Position numbers and translations under genes: made by a program. A stretch of 62,620 nt of DNA, filler included. It is 14 parts of 14 records of this genome, joined end to end, with 100 filler letters (N's around TTAATTAATTAA, not from the genome) between each part and the next. Parts side by side here need not be neighbours in the genome. Positions count along the whole stretch, not along the records: positions 23,143 to 29,496 come from SRR7504441_105951; positions 29,597 to 34,975 come from SRR7504441_105985; positions 35,076 to 38,906 come from SRR7504441_105998; 11 more parts are not named here. One strand, written 5' to 3'. Below the pieces are notes generated by a model. It saw nothing but the letters and a program-made list of their open reading frames with translations, was not told the origin of the DNA and did not search any database. How positions within the stretch are numbered: the first letter of the stretch is position 1; each line of letters opens with the position of its first letter. Shown here one piece after another: positions 25,269 to 35,352 of this stretch.

Positions 25269-25674
25269 CCTGGGTCATTTCGAGACGGTTCCCTGTTCAA
25301 TAATGACTAAGTAATTCATGACATTGTAATGACATTGTGATAGTTACTCGTAGCATTGTCGTGGAGTTCAGTTCTTTTAACCATGCGGATCGCAAAGAAT
25401 GTCATGTGGCAAAATAACATACACATGTACGTGTATAATGCGCATTAAAAAAGTTGATGATTTGAGACGAGGTCTAAAATGATTCAGTTTCATTGATACG
25501 AGTATCCTAGACTCAACCGGGTTCCAACGGACTGGCTAGCGGTGTCGTGAGATCAAGTAAGTCAACGTCGTCGGTGTCCAGCTCACTGTGGTCGCTATGG
25601 GCCCTCACATCGCGCATCTAGGTGGTCGGTCGCACCACTCGATCCTACAGCGGCACATTCACGCAATTTCATGA

Positions 25675-28600
25675 TCAGCTATCAGATTTAGGTGCGGCGT
25701 TTGCATCCTTTTGCAGCCGGTCTATGAACCGGGTCGCATGCATCGCAGCCCTGAGTTTGTTGCGTGGAGTGAGCGACGAGTCGCCTTTTATGACATCCCA
25801 AGCGCTAGGGTTGGTGCCGTCCTCATGCTCTGTGGTACTTGCCAGCTCGGAAAACAGCTGCGATGGGCGCTGGGGCATGGCTGTGCTACTGACCGCTTCT
25901 TGGTGCTGCCGCTCAAGCCGCTGTGCCTCTAACATCTCGCGGCGGACCGTCTCGGTCTCAGTGGGATGGTACGTGGTCACATAGATCTTGCGAGCCAGCG
26001 CTGGGAGTATTGCAGTGGTGGTGGCAAGGATGACTGCCAAGTAAAATCCTGGCCAGCGCAGCATGTAGAAAATAATCCAATACATCGTACCGTCCGCAAG
26101 AATTCCGGTCGGCGAGAGTGACTCGAACATCAGAAACACAAACCAGAGAGCAGGGGACACAATGTAACAGACAAGATGGATCCATGTCCACCATCTAGTC
26201 TCGATCGCCAGCCTAAAGGTCACAATCAGCAACACGGTTGTGAAGCAGAACACCCCAAGCATCGCCTCCCCAATCTGCCGGCCGTTTGTGTCCAGGTTGA
26301 GCACCGCGCCACTCCAGATCAGCACCCAAACAATGACAGCGTCGAAGAAGGCCTCGGCCATCCAGCTCAGGAACAGCCAGGTGTTGAGGAACCGATCCTC
26401 CTGCCCGGCTCGATACACCTGAGGGTGCTCGAGAGCCAGTTTCCTGGACACATCCTGCTCTAGCAACGCAAAGGCCAACACAGGAAAGGCGGTGAAGACC
26501 ACGTTCCAGCCTGAAATTGCGGTGTCATTGTACAGCTGTGTGCCAGAAAACCCTGTGTAAAAGATGTAAATTATCACAGGGAAGATTGCTGCAAAGTTCT
26601 TGTAGAAGAAGTAGCAGATTGATTGGGCGAGCCTCTTATACGCCAACCGGCCGTGCACTAACAGAAGCCCTGATAAGTGCCGGAACTCTGGCAAGGCAAA
26701 GTCTGAATTGTTCACTGCCTGAGAGCCCTCGACACCCATAATCCCCACCCCAACGTTCGCTACTTGAATCATGCCAACATCATTGGCCCCATCGCCGACC
26801 GCAGCCACCACTTTGCCTCTGGCACGCACAAGCGCCGCAATGTCCCCTTTCTGCTTTGGCGAGGCGCGGCAGACCAGCACAGCGCGGCACTCGCAGCAGA
26901 TGGATATGCAACGCGCCCGCAGATTCTGCAGCCTGTCGCGATGCTCGGGTGGCCAGAGACGCCACTCGTCCGCTGTGGCCCCAATCCCAAGCGCCTCGAG
27001 CGCTCGGCCCTCCATCACTAGAGCCATCTCCAGAGCGGTCCGGCCGTCGGTTGCCCGCAGCCACGCAGACTCGAGCCGCTCCATCAGGGCATCAGGGCCT
27101 AGCTCCCGCTTGGTCTCGCGGTCGTATGCAGTCATCTGGATCAGTGTCATCGAGTCGCTCAGCAGCTTGCTTGCAAACCCAATCTTGACCGCTGTCTCAA
27201 GCTTATCCCCAGTCAGAACCCAGGCCTTGATGTTGGCTCTCCTGAGCCGATCCAGCGTGATTTCCACATCGGGCTGCAGCTTGTCTTCGATCGCAGTTGC
27301 ACCAAGCAGCGTCAACCCGGTCTCGAGCTCATCCTCGAGCCCTCGGATGGCTTGGTCTCGCTCAAACCGGCTCACCAGGCTCTCGGCCGCCACGTACCGC
27401 GCTAGCCAGTCTACAATCATCTGTTTGTCCAGCGCGGCGCTCTCGGCTACCAGCAGCACCCGCAGCCCAAGCGAGGCGAATGCGTCCGCTTGCTCGAGTG
27501 TGGATTCGACCAGTGGAGAGGACTGTTCGGCCAGCCGCTCAAGCACAACGTTGTCGGCGCCCTTTGTAATTAGCTGTATCCGGCCCGACTGGTCTTCGAC
27601 AAGCACCGACATCCGCTTCCTTTCACTGGTGAAGTCGAGCGTCTTGAGGATAGTGAAACTGCTCACCTTGTCTGCTACCTCGAGCATCACCTGGTCCGCC
27701 CCATCCCGCCGCCACTCGCGTGACTGCAACGACACCCCAAGCTCGTGGCAGGCGTATGCCAGCGCGCTGTCGTCCGGGGAAGCGGCGCTGTACCGGACTT
27801 CCCCTGACTCGGTGTGGTCAGGCAGCACCGTGTTGCACAGAGCCAGGGCCTGCAGGAAATGCTCGATTACATCACGCTCTGGCAGCGCGACCCAGCGCCC
27901 ATTGGAGACCCGCGGGTCATAAAACGGTACAACGGGGTCCCTCTCTCTGCCCGGTGGCGGCTCCTGGCCGTAGGCAAGACCATTGATTGAGAGGCTGAGC
28001 AGGGCCATCTGGTTCATTGTGAGTGTACCTGTCTTGTCAGAGAGCAGATATTCAACCTGTCCAATGTCCTCAATTATGTTCTCGTTCCGGCATTTGGCGT
28101 GCTGGTTGAGCCTGTAGCTGAAGAGCTCAATATCCCACCCGATGAACATGCCCAGCACAAACTTGATGAACTCCACAGTCACGTACAGAGAGAGGGGCAC
28201 CATCAGAGAGAAGAGCACAATCGAGGTAAAAAAAGCGAGCACCCAGACCGGAAAGTTGGAGGTAGTGCCGTACCAGTGCTCGGAGAGGTCCGCCTGGAAC
28301 TCGCCGCCTAGGTAAAGGTACCACGCAGTGCCCCTGTGCTCCGAGATCCACACAGCGCACCCAGTTGCGTTGACGCTGCAGGCTAATGCCATCGCACAGA
28401 ACACAAACACCAGCTGCCGGTTCATGGTCTGCTCGCACTTGGAGTGCTTGATCGACCCGGCCGCTTGGCTGTTGAGGATGATCTTTGTCTGGTGTCCAGT
28501 GTACACCACCAACCCCCAGACCGTGTCTGTGTTTCGCAGTTTGCTCCCCCGGAGCAACAACTGCCTCTCACTGACGGAGATCGGCTCGCCACTCGAAAAC

Positions 28601-29418
28601 TGAATCCTGCCTCGCCAGTCCCCGATCGTGCCGTTCGGTGCGTCGCAGGTCAGCTTGCACCAAAGCTGCCCGCACCGCTCCGGCGTGCTGTACGCCGAGG
28701 TCTCCGCCAGCCCTTGGTACAGCTTGAGGTTGGTCTCGCCGTCAAGTTCGGCCGTGTCCACGTAGCACAGCCCCCCGATCGGCTCGTCGTTGCCCGAAAA
28801 ATTGGACAGACTCATCTCTGTGGCCAGGATGAGTATGTCAGCCGGGATGGACTCGGACTCATCCACCCGGACGATGTCGCCCACCCGCAGATCCCAGCAC
28901 TGGACCATCTGGAACCGCTCGCCCCGGAGCACGGTGACCGGGGTCCGGTTCACCCGGGCGTCGTCCTGGTGCCGCAAGTAGTCCACGTAGCCGTCCTTGA
29001 GCATGTTCAGGGCCACGACGAACACGAACGGCAGGACGGTGGCATAGGGCGTGTTGTACGGCGAGATCGACGGGAAGCAGACCAGCACGCAGAGCAGCAG
29101 GAAGTACCAATTGGCCGACTTTTTAAACTGCTCGTACAAGTTGAGCGGCAGGAAGTTCCACCATCTGTACGCCGCCGTGCTCACCGCGTTCGGGTGCCGG
29201 TTACGGTACGTCTTGATCTGGGGCCCCCGGGGCAGTTGGATAACCCGGGGCGGGAGGTCGTCGTTTCCGTGGTGGATCTTCTGCGGTAACGGGTCAGCCG
29301 CGTCGCCGCCGTCCGACTCGAGCAGCGGGGCCTGAAGCTCGGTCCAGTTGGCTTTGCGTTCGGTTGGCATGGGGCGATCGTGCAAGGGGGAGGTTGGAAT
29401 TGAGTCCCCAGCGCCCAT
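25675..29418 (-). CDS. P4-type phospholipid-translocating ATPase (flippase), intronless
   Basis: LDGETNLK, VPLSLYV, SDKTGTLT (phospho-Asp), SPDD, KGAD, LTGDK, GDGANDV and YFFYKN. Confidence 0.96.
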   Translation of the reverse strand: MGAGDSIPTSPLHDRPMPTERKANWTELQAPLLESDGGDAADPLPQKIHHGNDDLPPRVIQLPRGPQIKTYRNRHPNAVSTAAYRWWNFLPLNLYEQFKKSANWYFLLLCVLVCFPSISPYNTPYATVLPFVFVVALNMLKDGYVDYLRHQDDARVNRTPVTVLRGERFQMVQCWDLRVGDIVRVDESESIPADILILATEMSLSNFSGNDEPIGGLCYVDTAELDGETNLKLYQGLAETSAYSTPERCGQLWCKLTCDAPNGTIGDWRGRIQFSSGEPISVSERQLLLRGSKLRNTDTVWGLVVYTGHQTKIILNSQAAGSIKHSKCEQTMNRQLVFVFCAMALACSVNATGCAVWISEHRGTAWYLYLGGEFQADLSEHWYGTTSNFPVWVLAFFTSIVLFSLMVPLSLYVTVEFIKFVLGMFIGWDIELFSYRLNQHAKCRNENIIEDIGQVEYLLSDKTGTLTMNQMALLSLSINGLAYGQEPPPGRERDPVVPFYDPRVSNGRWVALPERDVIEHFLQALALCNTVLPDHTESGEVRYSAASPDDSALAYACHELGVSLQSREWRRDGADQVMLEVADKVSSFTILKTLDFTSERKRMSVLVEDQSGRIQLITKGADNVVLERLAEQSSPLVESTLEQADAFASLGLRVLLVAESAALDKQMIVDWLARYVAAESLVSRFERDQAIRGLEDELETGLTLLGATAIEDKLQPDVEITLDRLRRANIKAWVLTGDKLETAVKIGFASKLLSDSMTLIQMTAYDRETKRELGPDALMERLESAWLRATDGRTALEMALVMEGRALEALGIGATADEWRLWPPEHRDRLQNLRARCISICCECRAVLVCRASPKQKGDIAALVRARGKVVAAVGDGANDVGMIQVANVGVGIMGVEGSQAVNNSDFALPEFRHLSGLLLVHGRLAYKRLAQSICYFFYKNFAAIFPVIIYIFYTGFSGTQLYNDTAISGWNVVFTAFPVLAFALLEQDVSRKLALEHPQVYRAGQEDRFLNTWLFLSWMAEAFFDAVIVWVLIWSGAVLNLDTNGRQIGEAMLGVFCFTTVLLIVTFRLAIETRWWTWIHLVCYIVSPALWFVFLMFESLSPTGILADGTMYWIIFYMLRWPGFYLAVILATTTAILPALARKIYVTTYHPTETETVRREMLEAQRLERQHQEAVSSTAMPQRPSQLFSELASTTEHEDGTNPSAWDVIKGDSSLTPRNKLRAAMHATRFIDRLQKDANAAPKSDS

Positions 29419-29706
29419 CAAGCTTTCGCCATGGCCATCGGCACAGGGAGTGGCCTCCCTTCGCTCCGCCCTGGACACACGAAGGCCGGAGATGCANNNN
29501 NNNNNNNNNNNNNNNNNNNNNNNNNNNNNNNNNNNNNNNNTTAATTAATTAANNNNNNNNNNNNNNNNNNNNNNNNNNNNNNNNNNNNNNNNNNNNGCTA
29601 TAAGTAGTTCGTACAGCTGATTGGTTTCCGGAAATTCAGCACAGTCACCACCCGCATGTGCACATGTGCAGCAGTTATGCAGCAGTACTTGTTATAACTG
29701 CGCTGG

Positions 29707-32214
29707 CTAGCATGTGCAGTTTGCTGCCGTTTTAACGCCAGCGCCGCCGCCGCCACTGCACTTCAACATAGCCGTGCCGTTGTTGCCCAAACTCATGCAC
29801 TTGACAGCGATGATTTGGACGGGCGATCCTATGACTCCAGCCATTCCTCCTGGCGGAATGAGCTTAATCATGACGTGTTCGTTTGGCGCTCCTGAAACCG
29901 TCACCTGCCACTGATCCTCACCAAGCTTGAGTTCAGAGAAGCGATCGTGCGTGGCGGTGAAGAACTTGCCGACCTCGCCGAGAAGAGTCCAGCCGTTAGG
30001 GAATGTGGGGGCTGTCACCACATATCGAAACGGCGTGGCAAGCTCGTGGCTCCCCAGATTGTCACCAAGCACACCACCAGGCTTGAGCACGAGAGGCGAG
30101 GACCCGTTCAGCACGACTGTGTGGCCTGGGCCCACCTCAAACTCACACAGACCGAGCTCAGCCGCTGTTGCGTTCCTCCAGCACTCTGGGAAGTATTCAA
30201 ACGCCACGTGCGAACTGCCTGAGGCGAGCCCGAGATCTGATAAGCTCACTGACACGGGCGCAGGCAAGTCGACGGCCAACAGGTAGTGCCATCTCCAGCC
30301 CAACAAGTCACTAAATGCGTTCTGGATAAAGGGCAAGCTGTCGAGGCCCTGCTCAAACAAGTCGAATCCGAGCCGAAACGTAAGATCTAGCGGAGTGGCA
30401 ACTTTTGTTGGCTTGTTGAGGAAGCCATCTGGACCACGGCAGATGTGGTGAACTGAGTTGAAGTCCATGGCCCCGAGCGCGTCACTGGGGCCTACAGGTC
30501 CCCCGGAGAGCCCAGCAACCAGTGTCTGGAGCAACGGGTTGGGTTCTGTCGGAGAGAAGCCATCCTGGGGCCGGTTTGAGGTCTTGAAGTTGTCCTTGGA
30601 CGGCAAGATGCCGAGCGCCGCGTAGAAGAGGCTGGTGAGCCCGATCTGATACTGGGTGCAGGTCGGATTCGGCTGGTTGAATTTGCACCCGATCTTTGGT
30701 ACTGGGTGATAATCGGTCGAGGCCCTGGCCTGGGTCACTGAGTCCATCTCAAGTGTTTGGAGCACGTGGCGTGAGTATTGCATGCACAGCTGGATTGTCA
30801 TGTTCATCTTGGTCGCAGCCGAGTCCATGGCTAGCATCCATTGCCTGGCTCGAACTACATTATCCTGCGTGGCATTCATCCGCATGTGTGTCAGGCAGAT
30901 CCAATCCTGCTCGTATACCTTTAGCCCAAGCACCTCCGCTTTCGCCATAATGTGCGTGAAAAACTCCTCCGATTGAGGAAGAGCAAGATCTTGTTCCACC
31001 ACGAACCAGGATTTGTTGTATTTGCAATCAGGACTGATGGCCCGGTTGTGCATCACCAGCGGCGACCGGCTCCTGTTCGGCGTATCAAACCAGGATCGGT
31101 TGAATCCGTCCGGGAACACACTCGGCAGGGGCTCCCAGTCGATCAGCGGGCCTCCGGGCCGACCTTTGTCTTGGGAGTACCACCACGAATCAAACTGATA
31201 CACCTGGGTTGGAATGCTGTTTGCTGCCATCCAGGCTTTGACGTCTTGCATCGTCTGCTCGTAATTCCTCGACTTCTCAGTCTGGTAGTAGTAGGCAGCA
31301 CCGGCGTCGGTCCAATAAGATAAGTACCGGAGCGACGGATCTCGAGCCCAATTCTCCCGAAGCGCCTCCGAAACCGGCACAGATTTGCCATGGAACTTCC
31401 GGAGGAGCCGGCCCCACTCCTCCACCGTGCTGGTCAGGCCCGTGCCCGCGACCAGCAGCGTCGACAGCCTGTAGCCAGCTGGCACTGTGTCGACGGTTGC
31501 ACGTAGTCCGGAATGGATCTCATCGCCCGAAGCGCTGAGCGCAGTCTGATGCGACAGGAACTCCGACATCGGCGATATCACCAGCGTTGTGAGGTTGCGG
31601 TCGTACAGGATCAGCGGGCCCATGCCGTCACAGCCCTTGCTGTTCCCGGTGCTCACACACGTGTCGTTATTAGAGAGTGCCCCGGGGCTCCACAGCCGAG
31701 TCAGCTCTGTGAACATCCCGCTCGGACCCCAATACGTGATAGCGTTCAGCGCCGGGCCACCATTGGACGGCGCCTTGAACGCCGGGAACGCCGCCGAGAC
31801 CTGGCGCTGGGCGCTGGGGCCGGGCAGGGCCATCCCGTGGGCCCGGCTGAACTCAAGATCCATCGCCGCAACTGTTGTGCCCGGCGAGACCGAGTACAGC
31901 CTGATGCTGACGGTCGCGCTGAAACCGTCCCCCCGCAGCGAGCGAGAGCTGCCGCTGTACCGCCCGAGCCGGTCGGTCCCTTGGATCGGCGCCACGGGCC
32001 CCGAGACCGCCAGCGGCTGGGAGCCGTAGCTGGCACCGGCCGACTCCAGCCAGACGGCCGGCCCGTCCTGGATCCAGAAGGAGAGGCCGTCGGGACCCGG
32101 CGTAAAGCTGAGCGGCCCCCGTGCCGGGCAGGTCGGCGCAAGCAGCGCGCAGACCAGCAGCAGCTCCAGGTGTCTGGCCGTGCAGTAAGGCGAGTGGCGG
32201 AGATGTGCGGCCAT
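29707..32214 (-). CDS. Secreted uncharacterised glycoside hydrolase-like protein (GH27/GH36 clan D-like)
   Basis: Signal peptide, SYWTDAGAAYYY, QFDSWWY, YEQDW, RASTDY and LSGGPVGPSD. Intronless, 835 aa. Confidence 0.55.
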   Translation of the reverse strand: MAAHLRHSPYCTARHLELLLVCALLAPTCPARGPLSFTPGPDGLSFWIQDGPAVWLESAGASYGSQPLAVSGPVAPIQGTDRLGRYSGSSRSLRGDGFSATVSIRLYSVSPGTTVAAMDLEFSRAHGMALPGPSAQRQVSAAFPAFKAPSNGGPALNAITYWGPSGMFTELTRLWSPGALSNNDTCVSTGNSKGCDGMGPLILYDRNLTTLVISPMSEFLSHQTALSASGDEIHSGLRATVDTVPAGYRLSTLLVAGTGLTSTVEEWGRLLRKFHGKSVPVSEALRENWARDPSLRYLSYWTDAGAAYYYQTEKSRNYEQTMQDVKAWMAANSIPTQVYQFDSWWYSQDKGRPGGPLIDWEPLPSVFPDGFNRSWFDTPNRSRSPLVMHNRAISPDCKYNKSWFVVEQDLALPQSEEFFTHIMAKAEVLGLKVYEQDWICLTHMRMNATQDNVVRARQWMLAMDSAATKMNMTIQLCMQYSRHVLQTLEMDSVTQARASTDYHPVPKIGCKFNQPNPTCTQYQIGLTSLFYAALGILPSKDNFKTSNRPQDGFSPTEPNPLLQTLVAGLSGGPVGPSDALGAMDFNSVHHICRGPDGFLNKPTKVATPLDLTFRLGFDLFEQGLDSLPFIQNAFSDLLGWRWHYLLAVDLPAPVSVSLSDLGLASGSSHVAFEYFPECWRNATAAELGLCEFEVGPGHTVVLNGSSPLVLKPGGVLGDNLGSHELATPFRYVVTAPTFPNGWTLLGEVGKFFTATHDRFSELKLGEDQWQVTVSGAPNEHVMIKLIPPGGMAGVIGSPVQIIAVKCMSLGNNGTAMLKCSGGGGAGVKTAANCTC

Positions 32215-32607
32215 CTACAGGCTCACGCCCAGCAGCAGCGCGGTGTGTTTGTGCTTCGGGTTGCCGTTAGCTATGGCCGGTGTGCCTCTCCGGTCTTCCT
32301 CCGCTGAGCCCGGGGTGGGGGGGCAGGCATCGTCTCGCTGCCGGTGCCGCAGCGGCCCGGGGGGCGCTCCGTGAGCATTGAGACCGCCGCGATGCGCACA
32401 GTCAAGCCGGACATCACCCTGCCCTCACGGCCGCTGCTCTCGATGGTCGGCTGCCCGCCCCCGCCCCGCGAGGCCCGCGGCAGGCGTTCAAGGCGCCCGA
32501 GCTGATCGTGGGCGACACGCTGCTCAACGGCCTGGTCAGCCTCGAGAGCAGGATCCGGCAGGCGCCCCGCCCCGCCCTGGCCCGGGCAGACAGGGCGGCA
32601 GGTTCTG

Positions 32608-33732
32608 ATGGACGCTGTTGCCTCCGGCACTGATATCCTGGAGATTTTCCGGCAGTTTGACGTGAACGCCGACGGGTTTATCGAGCAGCGCGAGATGGTC
32701 CGGGCGCTCGAGAGTCTGGGGCTCCGGCCGCAAAAGTGGGGCCCCGCGTTCGAGGCGCCGGGCCGGGCCGGGCCGCCGGGCGATCGGACTGGCAGGAGGA
32801 CATCGCGGCGTTTATGGAAAAGATCGACGACTTCGACGCGCCGACCAGCGGTGGGCTGATCGAGTACGACAGCAAAATCGACTACGCGGTGGGTGTGGCA
32901 GCTGGGCTGATGAGATCAGGGCGCTCGCAGGAGTTTGTTAAGTTTGTAATGTCCGATTTAAACTTCTCGCCCCGGGCCGGGCTCGAAGGGCTGCACCAGT
33001 CGGGCGCGCTGCTCGAGGGCAAGGCGGTGGTGGCGCTCTTTTTCGGCTGCTCCTGGTACTCGAGGCACGCCGTGGCTGCTGACCGCTGTCGCACAGGGCG
33101 CCACAGTCCCGCAAGCTGGCCGACTCGCTGGAGCTGTTCTACAGCAACTTGCGGGCGTTGGGCGACGACAGGTTCGAGGTGGTATATGTCTCACAGGACA
33201 CTGACGAGCGGTTACTGCCGGCTGGCTCGGCGGCATGCTGAGCCGAGGGCGACAGTGCATTTTATCAGTTTTATTTCGGACAGCCGTGGTTGGCTGTGCC
33301 GTTCGAGGAGGTGGAGCGCAGGTGGCTTGGTGGGCGGGGCGGGGCTGAGTGATGGCAGGACCTATATGAAACAGAAGCTGCTGGTGACTACGCTCCCACG
33401 GCTGGTGTTACTCGATGGAGCTGGTGGCGCTCACGATGGCTCGGTTGACTGGTAGGGCAGGCTCGCTGCTGTCTTACGACGCCAAGTTTGAGGCGATGGA
33501 CATGGCCGACGACCCGAAGGCGCTGGCTGCATGCGGCTGGTGCGAGCGAGCTTGGTCCAGGCGGCGATGCGACATTGGCTCAACCCGAACTATGTGTCGA
33601 ATAGCAGGCAGGATAGGCCGCAGCACCGGCACACCGGCGGTTCCAACAGGCTGGCGTTTGCCTCCAACCGGCTGGGAAGGTGCGGCCGTGGCTCGCGGCA
33701 TGCTGACTAGACGCAGGAACATGCTGTTATGA
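32608..33732 (+). CDS. EF-hand plus nucleoredoxin/tryparedoxin-like thioredoxin-domain protein
   Basis: FDVNADGFIEQRE EF-hand, then LEGKAVVALFFGCSWAPQS, FEVVYVSQD, PWLAVPF and TLPRLVLLD after splicing. Confidence 0.75.
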
Positions 33733-34163
33733 GCTCAATCGGCGCGGAGATCTATTCTGTGGACGAGCTTCAGTCGGCCTAGCGCTGTGCCATTGATAAT
33801 GCTAGATGACATTACACAGAATTATTCCAGCCTATATAGCGTATTAGAATTTCATTATCATTTCGACCTTTTCAAACGGCATCAAAAGATCGATTAATAT
33901 TACCCGTCATACGTATTAGACGCAGTGAGGCATGCGACTGGATCTGGTCGCGATGAAAGCTCAAAACAAGACTACATTGCATTCCTCAATCTCTGCTCAC
34001 CCGACCTGACCCGTGTCCACTGGCAACTTACTGTAGCACCTCATCATCGATCCGCTCGGCACGACATTGCCACCAGCCGAGAGTGCCACCACCAGCCCGG
34101 CGCCGCACGGTCCGGCCCACTTCCCCGCCGACGCACCCCCAGCCTCCGTCCGAACACGGCCGG

Positions 34164-34490
34164 CTAGTTATCCTTTTTTGACCCCCGCCTACCCCGCTTG
34201 GCCGCGGGCGCAGCCCCAGGCTGGGCCGGCCGCGGCGCCATCCTGGCCGTGAGCAGCACGAAACCAAGCACGAGCAGCATCACCGCCGCGGGGGGGAGCA
34301 CGATGCACAGTCCGTTGCACCACCCGGGCAGCGTGGCCAGGCACGGCTTGGCCCAGTGCTCTGTGACCGCCTCGACCAGCCAGTCCATCCCGGCCGCCTC
34401 GTTCATCGCTTCGCCCAGTGACGCGGCCTGGGCGGCCAGCGTGGATGGAATGACCATCAACCCGACCAGTAGCAGCTGAAGCCTCGCCAT
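34164..34490 (-). CDS. Small hypothetical membrane protein
   Basis: N-terminal signal-like segment, C-terminal TM helix and basic tail. Confidence 0.55.
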   Translation of the reverse strand: MARLQLLLVGLMVIPSTLAAQAASLGEAMNEAAGMDWLVEAVTEHWAKPCLATLPGWCNGLCIVLPPAAVMLLVLGFVLLTARMAPRPAQPGAAPAAKRGRRGSKKDN

Positions 34491-34553
34491 GTGGTCAGTA
34501 GCAGCTCTGCGCCGCCTGAATCGTCGTCAAGTCGCACCACTCAAATCCGGTTG

Positions 34554-34975
34554 ATGAGAACGAGGGTGAAGAGGGGGTGGCAGGATTTTCAGCACTGGCT
34601 CCGGGGATCACCTCGGGAGAAAGAAGCAGCTGCCAAGATGATAAAGGCGATGCAGTTAGTCCCCTCCGACAATGGGTCTGACTTGGACTGGGATGCTCAC
34701 GCTAGGCAACGGCACAGGGCCGGGCGGATGCAAAAACCAAAAGCTGCTAGACGTGGTCGCCCGAGCGTGGTCGCCCGACCTAGCACTGACACCCATAAAC
34801 GATTACTATCTCACTGGGAGGCGGCCGGCTGGATCACTTTGTGGACACAAGTGAGGTGCAACCTCCTGTTCAAGATGGATTGGACACCCTCAAGACGGAT
34901 ACACAAGCAACCTGGATGTTCGCGCTTTGAAATCGGAGAGCTCGCACAACAACAACGATGTCGCGCCAAGCCGGG
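34554..34975 (+). CDS. Hypothetical protein, 3'-partial
   Basis: Open frame from ATG 34554 to the contig edge, divergent from the preceding gene. No motif recognised. Confidence 0.3.
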
Positions 34976-35075
34976 NNNNNNNNNNNNNNNNNNNNNNNNN
35001 NNNNNNNNNNNNNNNNNNNTTAATTAATTAANNNNNNNNNNNNNNNNNNNNNNNNNNNNNNNNNNNNNNNNNNNN

Positions 35076-35236
35076 TGGGTGACGTTGTGAGCCCGGAGTG
35101 CGGACATCTTTTTGCTAGCGGCGTATGGGCCCAGGAACAGCCGGGGGACGATCTCTTGCATCACTCGGCGCATCTCGTACTGCCACTCGACGCACTCGAC
35201 GTCCGAGCTGCCCGGCTGTTGCTGCTGCATCATCAT
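35076..35236 (-). CDS. STYX: STYX-like dual-specificity (pseudo)phosphatase, N-terminal fragment
   Basis: EWQYEMRRVMQEIVPRLFLGPYAAS matches the STYX N-terminus. Confidence 0.75.
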
Positions 35237-35352
35237 CCCGACGATGACCGACGAAGGCCCCCTAGGCCGACAGTGTGAGGTGAGCTGAAACCACCATTGA
35301 GTCCGTTGGTGCTCCGCGCTCGGCCGGGACAACACAGGTCCAGTCCGACCCT

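Noticed and set aside
26771-27922. Long antisense ORFs (also 4264-5235 and 49924-51228)
   Set aside because: These are shadow frames of GC3-rich genes on the other strand, with no recognisable motifs.
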